DNA from: an uncultured Gammaproteobacteria bacterium | Lineage (GTDB): Bacteria > Patescibacteriota > Patescibacteriia > Magasanikbacterales > GWA2-37-8 | Assembly (NCBI GenBank): GCA_964482695.1 | Contig: CAYZYP010000001.1 | Location: 132,143 to 196,142 of the forward strand | DNA: 64,000 nucleotides | Direction: 5' to 3' | Shown here: one piece after another, positions 56,173-64,000 of the stretch | Numbering within the stretch: the first letter of the stretch is position 1 | Layout of the letters: every line of letters begins with the position of its first letter | The notes under the pieces: model-generated | Databases searched by the model: none | What the model saw: only the letters and a program-made list of their open reading frames with translations | Told to the model about the DNA's origin: nothing | Position numbers and translations under genes: made by a program

Positions 56173-56823
56173 TTATACCGCCAGACTAACCCTCGATGGT
56201 GTTGGGGAGGAAGTTTTAGAAGGCGAAGAAGGCAGTGGCCGGTTGCCAAGTTTGTTGGCGCTAGTAAAGCGATTGGAAGAGGTGTTTAGTTTATTAGCGT
56301 TAGAAAATGATTTATTTAAAGAACGATTAAAAGTTTCACCAGCGGCATGGTATTTTTGCACCGACGTTTGCGCGTTGGTATTTAATTTATTAGCGCTAGA
56401 AATACCTTGCGCCTGTTCTATATCTTTGCCTTGCTCTATAAAACGTTCAATTCTGTCACTGGCAGTAGTGGTATTGTGGCCAAAATGAGCGATCATTTTT
56501 TTAACTGTGTTTTTTACTAATGTATTATTAGCAATTTCTTTATCTTCTGCCATTATTTTTCTGAAAACTATTTTTTGTTCATTGGTGTTTAAACCGCCGC
56601 TTCTAATTTTTCTTTTAATGAAATCCTTGTCAAATATTTTGGTAATAGCGCCAACGTGTTCTTTGAGAGGATGCAAAACATTTGAGCCGCTATTGGTTAG
56701 GTGGTGTAAAGAGGTTGCTAAATTACTGCTTCTTGGACCAGCGCCAGCTTTGGCTGTAAATTTATGAAAGTCTTGAGGCAGGCCGTGGATAGAATGGGCA
56801 GAAGCAGTAGGTTTGTTAAACAT
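56173..56823 (-). CDS. Hypothetical S/N/T-rich protein with short tandem repeats
   Basis: Repeats SSANKLNT / SNANKLNT / TSANKLGN near the C-terminus. Confidence 0.4.
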   Translation of the reverse strand: MFNKPTASAHSIHGLPQDFHKFTAKAGAGPRSSNLATSLHHLTNSGSNVLHPLKEHVGAITKIFDKDFIKRKIRSGGLNTNEQKIVFRKIMAEDKEIANNTLVKNTVKKMIAHFGHNTTTASDRIERFIEQGKDIEQAQGISSANKLNTNAQTSVQKYHAAGETFNRSLNKSFSNANKLNTSSNRFTSANKLGNRPLPSSPSKTSSPTPSRVSLAV

Positions 56824-56844
56824 AAATTAAAATTTTAAAATTAG

Positions 56845-56917
56845 TCGGGCTGGCGGGACTTGAACCCGCGGCCTCATGGTCCCGAACCATGCGCGCTACC
56901 AACTGCGCTACAACCCG
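56845..56917 (-). tRNA. tRNA-Pro (anticodon CGG)
   Basis: CGGGTTG-TA-GCGCAGTTGGTAGCGC-G-CATGG-TTCGGGA-CCATG-AGGCC-GCGGG-TTCAAGT-CCCGC-CAGCCCG-A. Confidence 0.85.
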
Positions 56918-57010
56918 TTTATGGCATAATAACACCTTTTTTAGCGCTTTTCAAGAGGGGAATGGTGTGATATAATTAGCGTAGTTAAAACTTATAGTCA
57001 GTTTTTTCAC

Positions 57011-57163
57011 TTGTCATTCTGAGCAAAGCGCCCGCCTACCATCGCCTTCGGCTCAGGCCGATGGCGGGCAGGAAGAATCCCTTTCTGTTAAAGGCAGACT
57101 TGCCTCTGACGGAAACATCAAAAAAAGGATCCTTCGGTCGCTAGTGCTCCCTCAGGATGACAA
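57011..57163. repeat. GC-rich structured insertion with TTGTCATTCTGAGC...CTCAGGATGACAA termini
   Basis: Same terminal motif family as the GIY-YIG element; interior has nested hairpin GCCCGCC-ta-CCATCG-14 nt-CGATGG-CGGGC. Confidence 0.5.
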
Positions 57164-57178
57164 ACAATTTTTAATTTT

Positions 57179-58210
57179 ATGAATCTAAAAGCCTATTTCA
57201 AACAAGCCATTAAACAAGAAGCTTCTGATTTGCATTTGGTTGGCGATGAATTGCCAATGATTAGAATAGAAGGTGAACTAAAAGAATTAGAAAGCAAAAA
57301 ATTAAATAATAGCGAATTAAAGACGGCAATAATGGGTTTGTTGTCTAAAGAACAGCAAAAAAAATACGAAGAAGAAATGGAGTTAGATTTTAGTTACGAG
57401 GTAGACAGCACGCGTTTCCGCGTTAATTTACATCAACAAAACGAAAATATAGGTTTAAGCGCCAGATTAGTACCCCAAGAGGTGCCATCGCCAGAAGATT
57501 TAGGCTTTGTACCTTCTTTGATAGATTTAACAAAAACTTTAGATGGTTTAGTTTTGGTAACTGGTCCAACAGGCTGCGGCAAATCTACTACCATAGCTTC
57601 TATAATAGAAGAAATTAATAAAACTCGTAGAGCCCATATTATTACAGTAGAAGACCCCATAGAATTTGTTTTTACCGATAAAAAAAGTTTGATTGAACAA
57701 AGAGAAATTGGCACTGATACCAAATCTTTTGCCAGCGCTTTAAAACATGTTTTACGCCAAGACCCAAACGTAATTTTTGTTGGTGAAATGCGCGACCCAG
57801 AAACAATTGCCACCGTGCTGACAGCGGCGGAAACAGGACATTTGGTATTTTCTACTCTGCATACGCCTAGCGCGGCCGAAGCGGTAGAGCGCATTGTTGA
57901 TGTTTTTGAAGGTTCGCGTCAAAAACAAGTTTTAATTCAGTTATCAACAGTATTAAGGGCTGTTGTAGCTCAACAGCTTTTGCCGTCTAAAGACGGTGGG
58001 CGAGTAGCTGCCAGAGAAATTTTAGTTAATACCCCGGCGGTCGCTAATTTAATACGTGAAAATAGTATCACCCAAATCAAATCAGCTATTCAAACCGGCG
58101 CCAAAGAAGGCATGATCACTATGGAAAATTCGGTTAAACAATTACTAAAAGATGGCTGGATAACAGAAGATATAGCTGACAGAAGAACAGGGAGAGTGAA
58201 GAAAGTATAA
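57179..58210 (+). CDS. pilT: Type IV pilus retraction ATPase PilT
   Basis: Walker A GPTGCGKSTT; GEMRD; AHLVFSTLHT. Confidence 0.9.
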   Translation: MNLKAYFKQAIKQEASDLHLVGDELPMIRIEGELKELESKKLNNSELKTAIMGLLSKEQQKKYEEEMELDFSYEVDSTRFRVNLHQQNENIGLSARLVPQEVPSPEDLGFVPSLIDLTKTLDGLVLVTGPTGCGKSTTIASIIEEINKTRRAHIITVEDPIEFVFTDKKSLIEQREIGTDTKSFASALKHVLRQDPNVIFVGEMRDPETIATVLTAAETGHLVFSTLHTPSAAEAVERIVDVFEGSRQKQVLIQLSTVLRAVVAQQLLPSKDGGRVAAREILVNTPAVANLIRENSITQIKSAIQTGAKEGMITMENSVKQLLKDGWITEDIADRRTGRVKKV

Positions 58211-58282
58211 AAGAGTTTTTAACAAAGAAGTCCGCTAACGAGTTGTAAAAAAATTGGACTTTTGATTTTATAGAAACGTACT

Positions 58283-59767
58283 GTGGATTTATTAAAAATT
58301 TTTATTGTAATAACTAAATTAGCTAAAAAAGAAAAAACCCCTGTCTATATTGTCGGCGGTTATGTTAGAGATTTGTTAAGAGGCGTTAAAAATAGCAAAG
58401 ATATTGATTTTGTTGTAGAAGGCAGCGGGATAGAATTCGCGGAAAAATTTGATCAAGAGGTGAAAAAAATTGGCAGACTAATAACTTTTTTGGAATTTGA
58501 TACCGCCAGATATCTTTTTTTAGACAGTAACGATAAAATTTTATTAGAATTAGAATTTGCTGGGGCTAGAAAAGAAGAATATAATAAAAATTCACGCAAA
58601 CCAAAAGTAGAAAAAACAACCCTAGAACAAGATTTATCGCGCAGAGATTTTACGGTAAATGCGATGGCCATAGATGTCGTAAAATATCAAAAACATATAA
58701 GTATAAAAAGAAATGATGATAGAAAAATAAATAAAAGAATTTTTATTGATCCTTTTGACGGGCAGAATGATTTAAAAGAGGGTGTCTTGCGCACCCCACT
58801 TGATCCAGATAAGACATTTTTAGACGATCCTTTGCGCATGATGCGCGCTATTCGCTTCGCTGGCCAGCTGAATTTGTCGGTCGCGCCACATACTTTGGAA
58901 GCGATTTATCGCAATCGTCAAAGATTAAAAATCGTTTCCGCCGAACGAATACAAGAAGAATTGTTTAAAATGTTGGCTTGCCAAAAGCCGTCAATCTGCT
59001 TTACTTTGATGTTTCAAACTCATTTACTGGACGCGGTTTTACCAGAAGTGGCAAGACTTGACGGTGTAGAAGAAATATATGGCCACCAACATAAAAATAA
59101 TTTAGTGCATACTTTTAAAGTGGTTGATAATATTGCCGAAAGGACAGAAAAGACAGAATTGCGATTGGCCGGACTTCTGCATGATATTGGAAAATATACT
59201 ACCAAAAAGTTTATTCCACGAATTGGTTGGACTTTTTATCAACACGAACATGTTGGCAGAAAATTAGTTTATGAAATTGGCAAGCGCTTGCGTTTTGCCA
59301 ATGATAAAATTTCTTACCTGGCCAAAATAGTGCGTTGGCACCAACAGCCGATTAGTTTAATGGACGAGGGTATAACCGACTCAGCTGTTCGCCGCTTAAT
59401 TGTTAATTTAGGCGAAGAATTAGAAGATTTGCTAATTTTGGGAGTGAGTGATATAACAACAGGTAATCCATATAAATTAAAGAAACGGCAAGAAAATTAC
59501 GTTCGTCTACGAAAAAGGATAACAGAAGTAATTGAAAAAGATAAATTGCGCGCTTTTCAATCGCCAGTGCGCGGAGAAGAAATAATAAAAGAGTGCGGCC
59601 TAAAACCAGGGCCAACAGTTGGTAAGATAAAAGAAGCGATAGAAGAAGCTATTTTAGATGGGAAAATCCCCAACGAATATGAGGCGGCAAAAAAGTACCT
59701 TGGTAAAATTAAAGGACAGTATTTGAACAAGGCAGCTGATTGGGAAATCTTAAATCTTAAATTTTAA
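58283..59767 (+). CDS. cca: tRNA nucleotidyltransferase (CCA-adding enzyme) with HD domain
   Basis: GGYVRDLLRG...DIDF...RDFTVNAMA; HD motif LLHDIGK. Confidence 0.85.
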   Translation: MDLLKIFIVITKLAKKEKTPVYIVGGYVRDLLRGVKNSKDIDFVVEGSGIEFAEKFDQEVKKIGRLITFLEFDTARYLFLDSNDKILLELEFAGARKEEYNKNSRKPKVEKTTLEQDLSRRDFTVNAMAIDVVKYQKHISIKRNDDRKINKRIFIDPFDGQNDLKEGVLRTPLDPDKTFLDDPLRMMRAIRFAGQLNLSVAPHTLEAIYRNRQRLKIVSAERIQEELFKMLACQKPSICFTLMFQTHLLDAVLPEVARLDGVEEIYGHQHKNNLVHTFKVVDNIAERTEKTELRLAGLLHDIGKYTTKKFIPRIGWTFYQHEHVGRKLVYEIGKRLRFANDKISYLAKIVRWHQQPISLMDEGITDSAVRRLIVNLGEELEDLLILGVSDITTGNPYKLKKRQENYVRLRKRITEVIEKDKLRAFQSPVRGEEIIKECGLKPGPTVGKIKEAIEEAILDGKIPNEYEAAKKYLGKIKGQYLNKAADWEILNLKF

Positions 59768-59774
59768 ATTATTT

Positions 59775-61541
59775 ATGTCTATTTTTAAACGTAAATCATT
59801 CTATATTATTATCGTTATTATTTTGTTGGCTGTTAGCGGTTATGTTTACACTCGGTATAAAAAAGCAAACAAACCAATTGAATACGAAACAGTTAAAGTT
59901 TTGAAAGGAGATTTGACTAGCACAGTGGACGCTACCGGTAAAATTCAATCAACAAGCGATTTATCTTTGCGTTTTGAAACCGCAGGAACTTTGGAAACAA
60001 TAAAAATAAAAGAAGGTGATAAAGTAAAATCCGGAGATTTATTGGCAAATTTGAATTTAGCCGAATTAAACGCGGCCGTAGCGCAAGCACAAGCTAATTT
60101 AAATAAACAGTTAGCTGGTTCTACAAGCGAAGAATTGTCTTCTTTGAGAGCTGCCATGGAAAACGCCAAAGCTGCTTTGGATAAAGCCAGCGCAGACGCT
60201 TCTAGCACAATAAATACGGCCGAGTCGGCGGTGGAAACAGCTAAAAATAATCTAAAACTAGCCGAAGGCGGTGACAGTAGTAAAATAGTTAGCAATGAAT
60301 ACCAGACCGCGGTTGCTCTACTCCAAAAAATATCTTCTATTTTAGACGACGCCTTAATTCAATCAGATAATATTTTAGGTGTTGACAACACTATAGTTAA
60401 CGACGGTTTTGAAGAATATTTATCTACACAAGATACTGCTAAATTAAACGCAGCCAAAAATTATTTTCCTTACGCCAAAGAAGCCAAAAAGAAAGCTAAT
60501 GACTTAATTTTGCCGCTGACAACTTTAAGCGTTCAAGCTGACGTTGACAAAGCCCTTAACGAAACCGAAACAGCCTTGTCTAAAATGAATCAACTATTGG
60601 TTTATACAGCCGATGTTTTAAATTATACGCCGCCAGTTGGCGCTTTAAGCGCCGCGGCGCTTGATACCAAAAAAACTACTATTACCACTTCTCGTTCTTC
60701 TGTAACTACACAATATTCATCTGTCATAGCGCAAAAACAGGCTATTGCTACCGCTAAAAATAGTTATAATAATTATTTAATCGCGTATAATAAGGCGTTA
60801 AATGATTTAGCAACAGCCAAAAATCAGACAGCTGCCAGTATAAAAGTTTATGAAGCTGCTTATAATCAAGCCACGGCTAATTACAAAAATAAATTAAATC
60901 CGCCGCGCGAAGTAGATGTGGCTTATTATCGAGCCGCTTTGGCGCAGGTAATAGCTAATCGCGACAAAGCAGTTTTGAAAGCGCCGATGGATGGCACAAT
61001 AACAAAAGTTAACAAGAAAAAAGGTGAATATGTTTCTATTGCCGACACGATGTTAGAAATGGTGGCACCGCATTATGAAATTCAGGTGGATATACCAGAA
61101 ACAGATGTTTCCAAAATTAATCTTAACAATGATGTTGATTTTACATTAGACGCTTTTGGAGATGATTTAAAATTTAAGGGTAAGATAATAACCATAGATC
61201 CTCAGTCAACAGAAATACAAGATGTGGTTTATTATAAAGTAAAGATTTCCATTGACGCTAGTTCAACCATAAAATACACCAAAGATAAACAAATAAAACC
61301 AGGCATGACAGCTAATGCGACCATTAACACAGACAAGACCGGTGTTTTAAAAGGAGTATTGTATGTTCCTTTGCGAACAGTTTTAAATAAAAATGGCAAT
61401 AAATATGTTCGTGTTCTTCTTGAAAATAATCAGTTGAAAGAAATAAACGTCGTATTAGGATTAAAGGCCGACAACGGCATGGTGGTAATAAGTAGTGGGT
61501 TAAAAGAGGGAGATGTGGTGGTAGTAAGTGAAAAAAAATAA
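59775..61541 (+). CDS. HlyD/MacA-like periplasmic adaptor with long coiled-coil
   Basis: N-terminal TM anchor, biotinyl-like lobes (GDKVKSGDLLANL / ADTMLEMVAP), 300-aa coiled-coil. Confidence 0.7.
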   Translation: MSIFKRKSFYIIIVIILLAVSGYVYTRYKKANKPIEYETVKVLKGDLTSTVDATGKIQSTSDLSLRFETAGTLETIKIKEGDKVKSGDLLANLNLAELNAAVAQAQANLNKQLAGSTSEELSSLRAAMENAKAALDKASADASSTINTAESAVETAKNNLKLAEGGDSSKIVSNEYQTAVALLQKISSILDDALIQSDNILGVDNTIVNDGFEEYLSTQDTAKLNAAKNYFPYAKEAKKKANDLILPLTTLSVQADVDKALNETETALSKMNQLLVYTADVLNYTPPVGALSAAALDTKKTTITTSRSSVTTQYSSVIAQKQAIATAKNSYNNYLIAYNKALNDLATAKNQTAASIKVYEAAYNQATANYKNKLNPPREVDVAYYRAALAQVIANRDKAVLKAPMDGTITKVNKKKGEYVSIADTMLEMVAPHYEIQVDIPETDVSKINLNNDVDFTLDAFGDDLKFKGKIITIDPQSTEIQDVVYYKVKISIDASSTIKYTKDKQIKPGMTANATINTDKTGVLKGVLYVPLRTVLNKNGNKYVRVLLENNQLKEINVVLGLKADNGMVVISSGLKEGDVVVVSEKK

Positions 61542-62268
61542 CCGTATGCCTTTAATAGAAATTAAAAATTTAATTAGGGATTATCAAAACGAAGAGGTGA
61601 TAACTCATGTTTTATGCGGGTTGACTTTTGATATAGAAAAGGGTGAATTTGTTTCTATTATGGGGCCGAGCGGATCTGGCAAGTCAACTTTAATGCATAT
61701 TTTAGGCTTTTTAGATACTCTAACTTCTGGGCAATATAATTTTGGCGGTCAAGATGTTAGCAGTTTAACAGACGATGAATTAGCAGAAATGCGTCGCGCG
61801 AAAGTTGGTTTTATTTTTCAAGCTTTTAATTTGTTGGCGCGTTCTTCTGTTTTGGAAAATGTAATGTTGCCAATGTTTTATTCTAAAATTTCTCCAACCA
61901 AAAGAGAACAAAAAGCCAAAGCTGTGCTAGAAGCGGTTGGTTTGTCTCATAGATTGGCGTACACGCCAAACAAATTATCTGGCGGTGAAAAGCAGCGGGT
62001 AGCTATCGCGCGCGCTTTGGTAAATGATCCAGATATTATCTTTGCCGACGAACCAACAGGCAATTTGGATTCAAAATCTGGTTTGCAAGTAATGAAAATA
62101 TTGCAAAAATTAAACGATGAAGGGCGTACGATTATTTTAGTAACACACGAAAAATATACTGCCGAACACGCTAAGCGTATTTTGCAGATAAAAGACGGGT
62201 TGTTAGTAGGCGATTTCGCGGTGAAAAATAGACTGGTGGCGGAGAACAATGGAGAGTTGATAAAATAA
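61528..62268 (+). CDS. ABC transporter ATP-binding protein (MacB/LolD-type)
   Basis: Walker A GPSGSGKST; signature LSGGEKQRVAIARAL; Walker B IIFADEPTGNLD. Confidence 0.9.
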   Translation: MKKNNRMPLIEIKNLIRDYQNEEVITHVLCGLTFDIEKGEFVSIMGPSGSGKSTLMHILGFLDTLTSGQYNFGGQDVSSLTDDELAEMRRAKVGFIFQAFNLLARSSVLENVMLPMFYSKISPTKREQKAKAVLEAVGLSHRLAYTPNKLSGGEKQRVAIARALVNDPDIIFADEPTGNLDSKSGLQVMKILQKLNDEGRTIILVTHEKYTAEHAKRILQIKDGLLVGDFAVKNRLVAENNGELIK

Positions 62269-62361
62269 TTTAGCATAAAGTTTGCTAAAATGTTACGCAT
62301 GGCGCCAAAGGATATGACTTTTTGGATCGTCCCGCCAAGGCGGGATAGCCCGTCGCCCAAA

Positions 62362-62393
62362 AAGTAATATTCTTTGGCGTGACGTGGAAACAA
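62362..62393 (+). promoter_or_regulatory. Conserved 32-nt upstream motif (copy 2, before FtsX-type permease)
   Basis: AAGTAATATTCTTTGGCGTGACGTGGAAACAA. Confidence 0.35.
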
Positions 62394-62408
62394 CAGTAAA
62401 TTAAATTT

Positions 62409-63644
62409 ATGAATTTTTTAGAGAATGTTTACAACACATGGCATGTTCTTGGCCGCAATAAAGCGCGGTCGTTTTTAACAATGCTCGGTGTTATAATAGG
62501 CGTAATGTCTGTTATTATTATAATGTCAGTCGGGGCAGGGGCGCAGAGTTTGATTCTTAATCAGATAAAAAGCATGGGCTCTGATTTGATTGGCGTTTTG
62601 CCTGGCAAATCCGACGAAAGCGGTCCGCCAGCATCGGCTATGGGGATTTTAATAACCTCGCTTAAGTACAAAGATGTCCAAGAATTGGTTAAGGGATACG
62701 CGCCAATTATAGCAGGCGCTGGTTATGTACGCGGCACTGATACAGTAGCTTGGGGATTTAATAAAGTAGATACTAATTTTGTTGGCACTAACGCTGATTA
62801 TATAAATGTAGAAAATGGAAAGGTGGAAAAAGGCCGTTTTTTTACATTAGCCGACGAAAACAGCAGTGCGCCAGTGGCTGTTTTGGGTAGTCAGGTAGTA
62901 AAAGATTTGTTTAATGGTTTAGATCCTATTGGCCAAAAAATTAAAATTAAAAAAACTAATTTTTTAGTTATTGGCACTATAGAAGAAAGAGGAGTGAGCG
63001 GTTTTCAAAATCAAGATAATCAAATTTTTGTGCCCATCACCACAGCGCAAAAGTTGTTATTGGGCATAGATTATATTAGCTTCGCTCGTCTAAAAGTTGA
63101 CCGTCCAGAGAATATAGATAAAAGCATGGAATATATTACCGCTCGTTTGCGTGAATTGCATAATATAGATAAGCCAGAAAACGATGATTTCTCGGTACGT
63201 TCTATGGCTCAGGGATTAGAAGTTTTTACCAATATTACCAATGCTTTAAGAGTATTTTTGGCTGCTATTGCCAGCATTGCGCTTGTTGTCGGCGGTATCG
63301 GCATTATGAATATTATGTTAGCGGCTGTGCGCGAGAGAACGAGAGAAATTGGTTTGCGCAAAGCTGTTGGCGCTAAAAATAAAAATATAATTGGTCAATT
63401 TTTAATAGAAACAGTTATCATTACTTTTATTGGCGGTTTAATAGGTATTATTTTAGGCGTGCTTATTACAATTATGGTTGCCAAAATAGCGCAGAGCATT
63501 GGTTATTCGTGGGATTTAATTATCTCGTTGCCATCTATATTTCTGGCGGTTGTTGTTTCTATTTCTATAGGCTTGATTTTTGGCATAATGCCAGCCCTCC
63601 GCGCTAGCCGATTGGATCCAATAGAAGCATTAAGGCACGAATAA
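62409..63644 (+). CDS. ABC transporter permease, FtsX/MacB type
   Basis: N-terminal TM, large periplasmic domain, C-terminal 3-TM FtsX module. Confidence 0.85.
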   Translation: MNFLENVYNTWHVLGRNKARSFLTMLGVIIGVMSVIIIMSVGAGAQSLILNQIKSMGSDLIGVLPGKSDESGPPASAMGILITSLKYKDVQELVKGYAPIIAGAGYVRGTDTVAWGFNKVDTNFVGTNADYINVENGKVEKGRFFTLADENSSAPVAVLGSQVVKDLFNGLDPIGQKIKIKKTNFLVIGTIEERGVSGFQNQDNQIFVPITTAQKLLLGIDYISFARLKVDRPENIDKSMEYITARLRELHNIDKPENDDFSVRSMAQGLEVFTNITNALRVFLAAIASIALVVGGIGIMNIMLAAVRERTREIGLRKAVGAKNKNIIGQFLIETVIITFIGGLIGIILGVLITIMVAKIAQSIGYSWDLIISLPSIFLAVVVSISIGLIFGIMPALRASRLDPIEALRHE

Positions 63645-63645
63645 T

Positions 63646-64000
63646 ATGCGTTTTACAAATTTACATTTTGCTATTTCAGCTTTAAAAGTGCAAAAAATGC
63701 GTTCTATTTTAACTATTCTTGGTATTAGTATTGGCATCGCGATTGTCATCGCGATAATGTCGGCCGGGCGTGGTTTAGATCGTTATTTAGCTAGTCAGTT
63801 AGAAGTATTTGGTTCGGATATGGTTTGGATAGAAGTAAAAGTGCCAAGTGTTAAAAAAACTTCTAATGAAAATGCTATTGGCCAGGCTACTGGTATTACT
63901 ATTACTACCATGAAAAACAAGGACGTAGAATCTGTTAATAAACATAATAATATTGTCGCGGCCTATAGCTGGCTCATGGGGCAAGAAGTGGTGAGTTATC
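63646..64000 (+). CDS. Second FtsX/MacB-type permease, 3'-truncated by window edge
   Basis: ATG 2 nt after the previous stop; MRFTNLHFAISALKVQKMRSILTILGISIGIAIVIAIMSAG typical N-terminal TM of the MacB periplasmic core domain (PCD); not in ORF track because no stop is reached. Confidence 0.6.
   Translation, partial: MRFTNLHFAISALKVQKMRSILTILGISIGIAIVIAIMSAGRGLDRYLASQLEVFGSDMVWIEVKVPSVKKTSNENAIGQATGITITTMKNKDVESVNKHNNIVAAYSWLMGQEVVSY

Noticed and set aside
24602-57163. Dispersed TTGTCATCC... repeats as a CRISPR array
   Set aside because: The copies are irregularly spaced and many kb apart, they are inverted repeats rather than direct ones, and there are no uniform spacers or cas genes.
1-64000. 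Diversity-generating retroelement, retron or other reverse-transcriptase system
   Set aside because: No reverse-transcriptase-like ORF (no YxDD motif protein) and no template/variable repeat pair was found in any frame.

Overview
AT-rich (about one-third GC) bacterial chromosome segment with the character of a small-genome, Patescibacteria/CPR-like organism. No rRNA genes and no CRISPR array are present. Most of the window is one large cell-surface glycan locus (positions 1-27300 and 33600-36900). It holds a nucleotide-heptose/ulosonic-acid-like gene set (GT9, HldD, GmhA, an inositol-monophosphatase-family phosphatase, a KdsB/NeuA-like cytidylyltransferase). It also holds two UDP-sugar dehydrogenases, an epimerase, a Wzx-type flippase, a split dTDP-rhamnose pathway (rmlB, rmlD-like, rmlA), many GT2/GT4 glycosyltransferases and several SAM methyltransferases. 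Housekeeping genes are interspersed: rpmA, ftsW/rodA, glyA, metK, pyk, nrdR, cca, pilT, a MacAB-like efflux set, tRNA-Val(TAC) and tRNA-Pro(CGG). An ECF sigma/anti-sigma pair sits upstream of a 1222-aa secreted surface protein. Structure not explained by the gene calls includes: (1) a compact GIY-YIG nuclease gene bounded by perfect 35-bp terminal inverted repeats, with at least four ORF-less MITE-like relatives sharing the TTGTCATYCYGAG termini; (2) a family of GC-rich CCCCTnnnTAAGGGGAGGA hairpin mini-elements, two of them inserted in-frame in coding genes (reminiscent of Rickettsia palindromic elements); (3) a roughly 1.4-kb GC-rich islet (36.9-38.3 kb) with foreign codon usage, three small ORFs (one a Cys-rich zinc-ribbon peptide missed by the ORF track), its own promoter/operator, long palindromes and several hairpin terminators; (4) a second foreign-looking mini-gene (promoter, SD, 55-aa hydrophobic peptide, terminator) at 30.57-30.82 kb; (5) two copies 34 kb apart of an intergenic palindromic element with an identical asymmetric core and different, compensatory outer stems; (6) a conserved 32-nt motif upstream of pyk and of an FtsX-type permease. 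Product calls rest on motif recognition by eye; no database searches were run.
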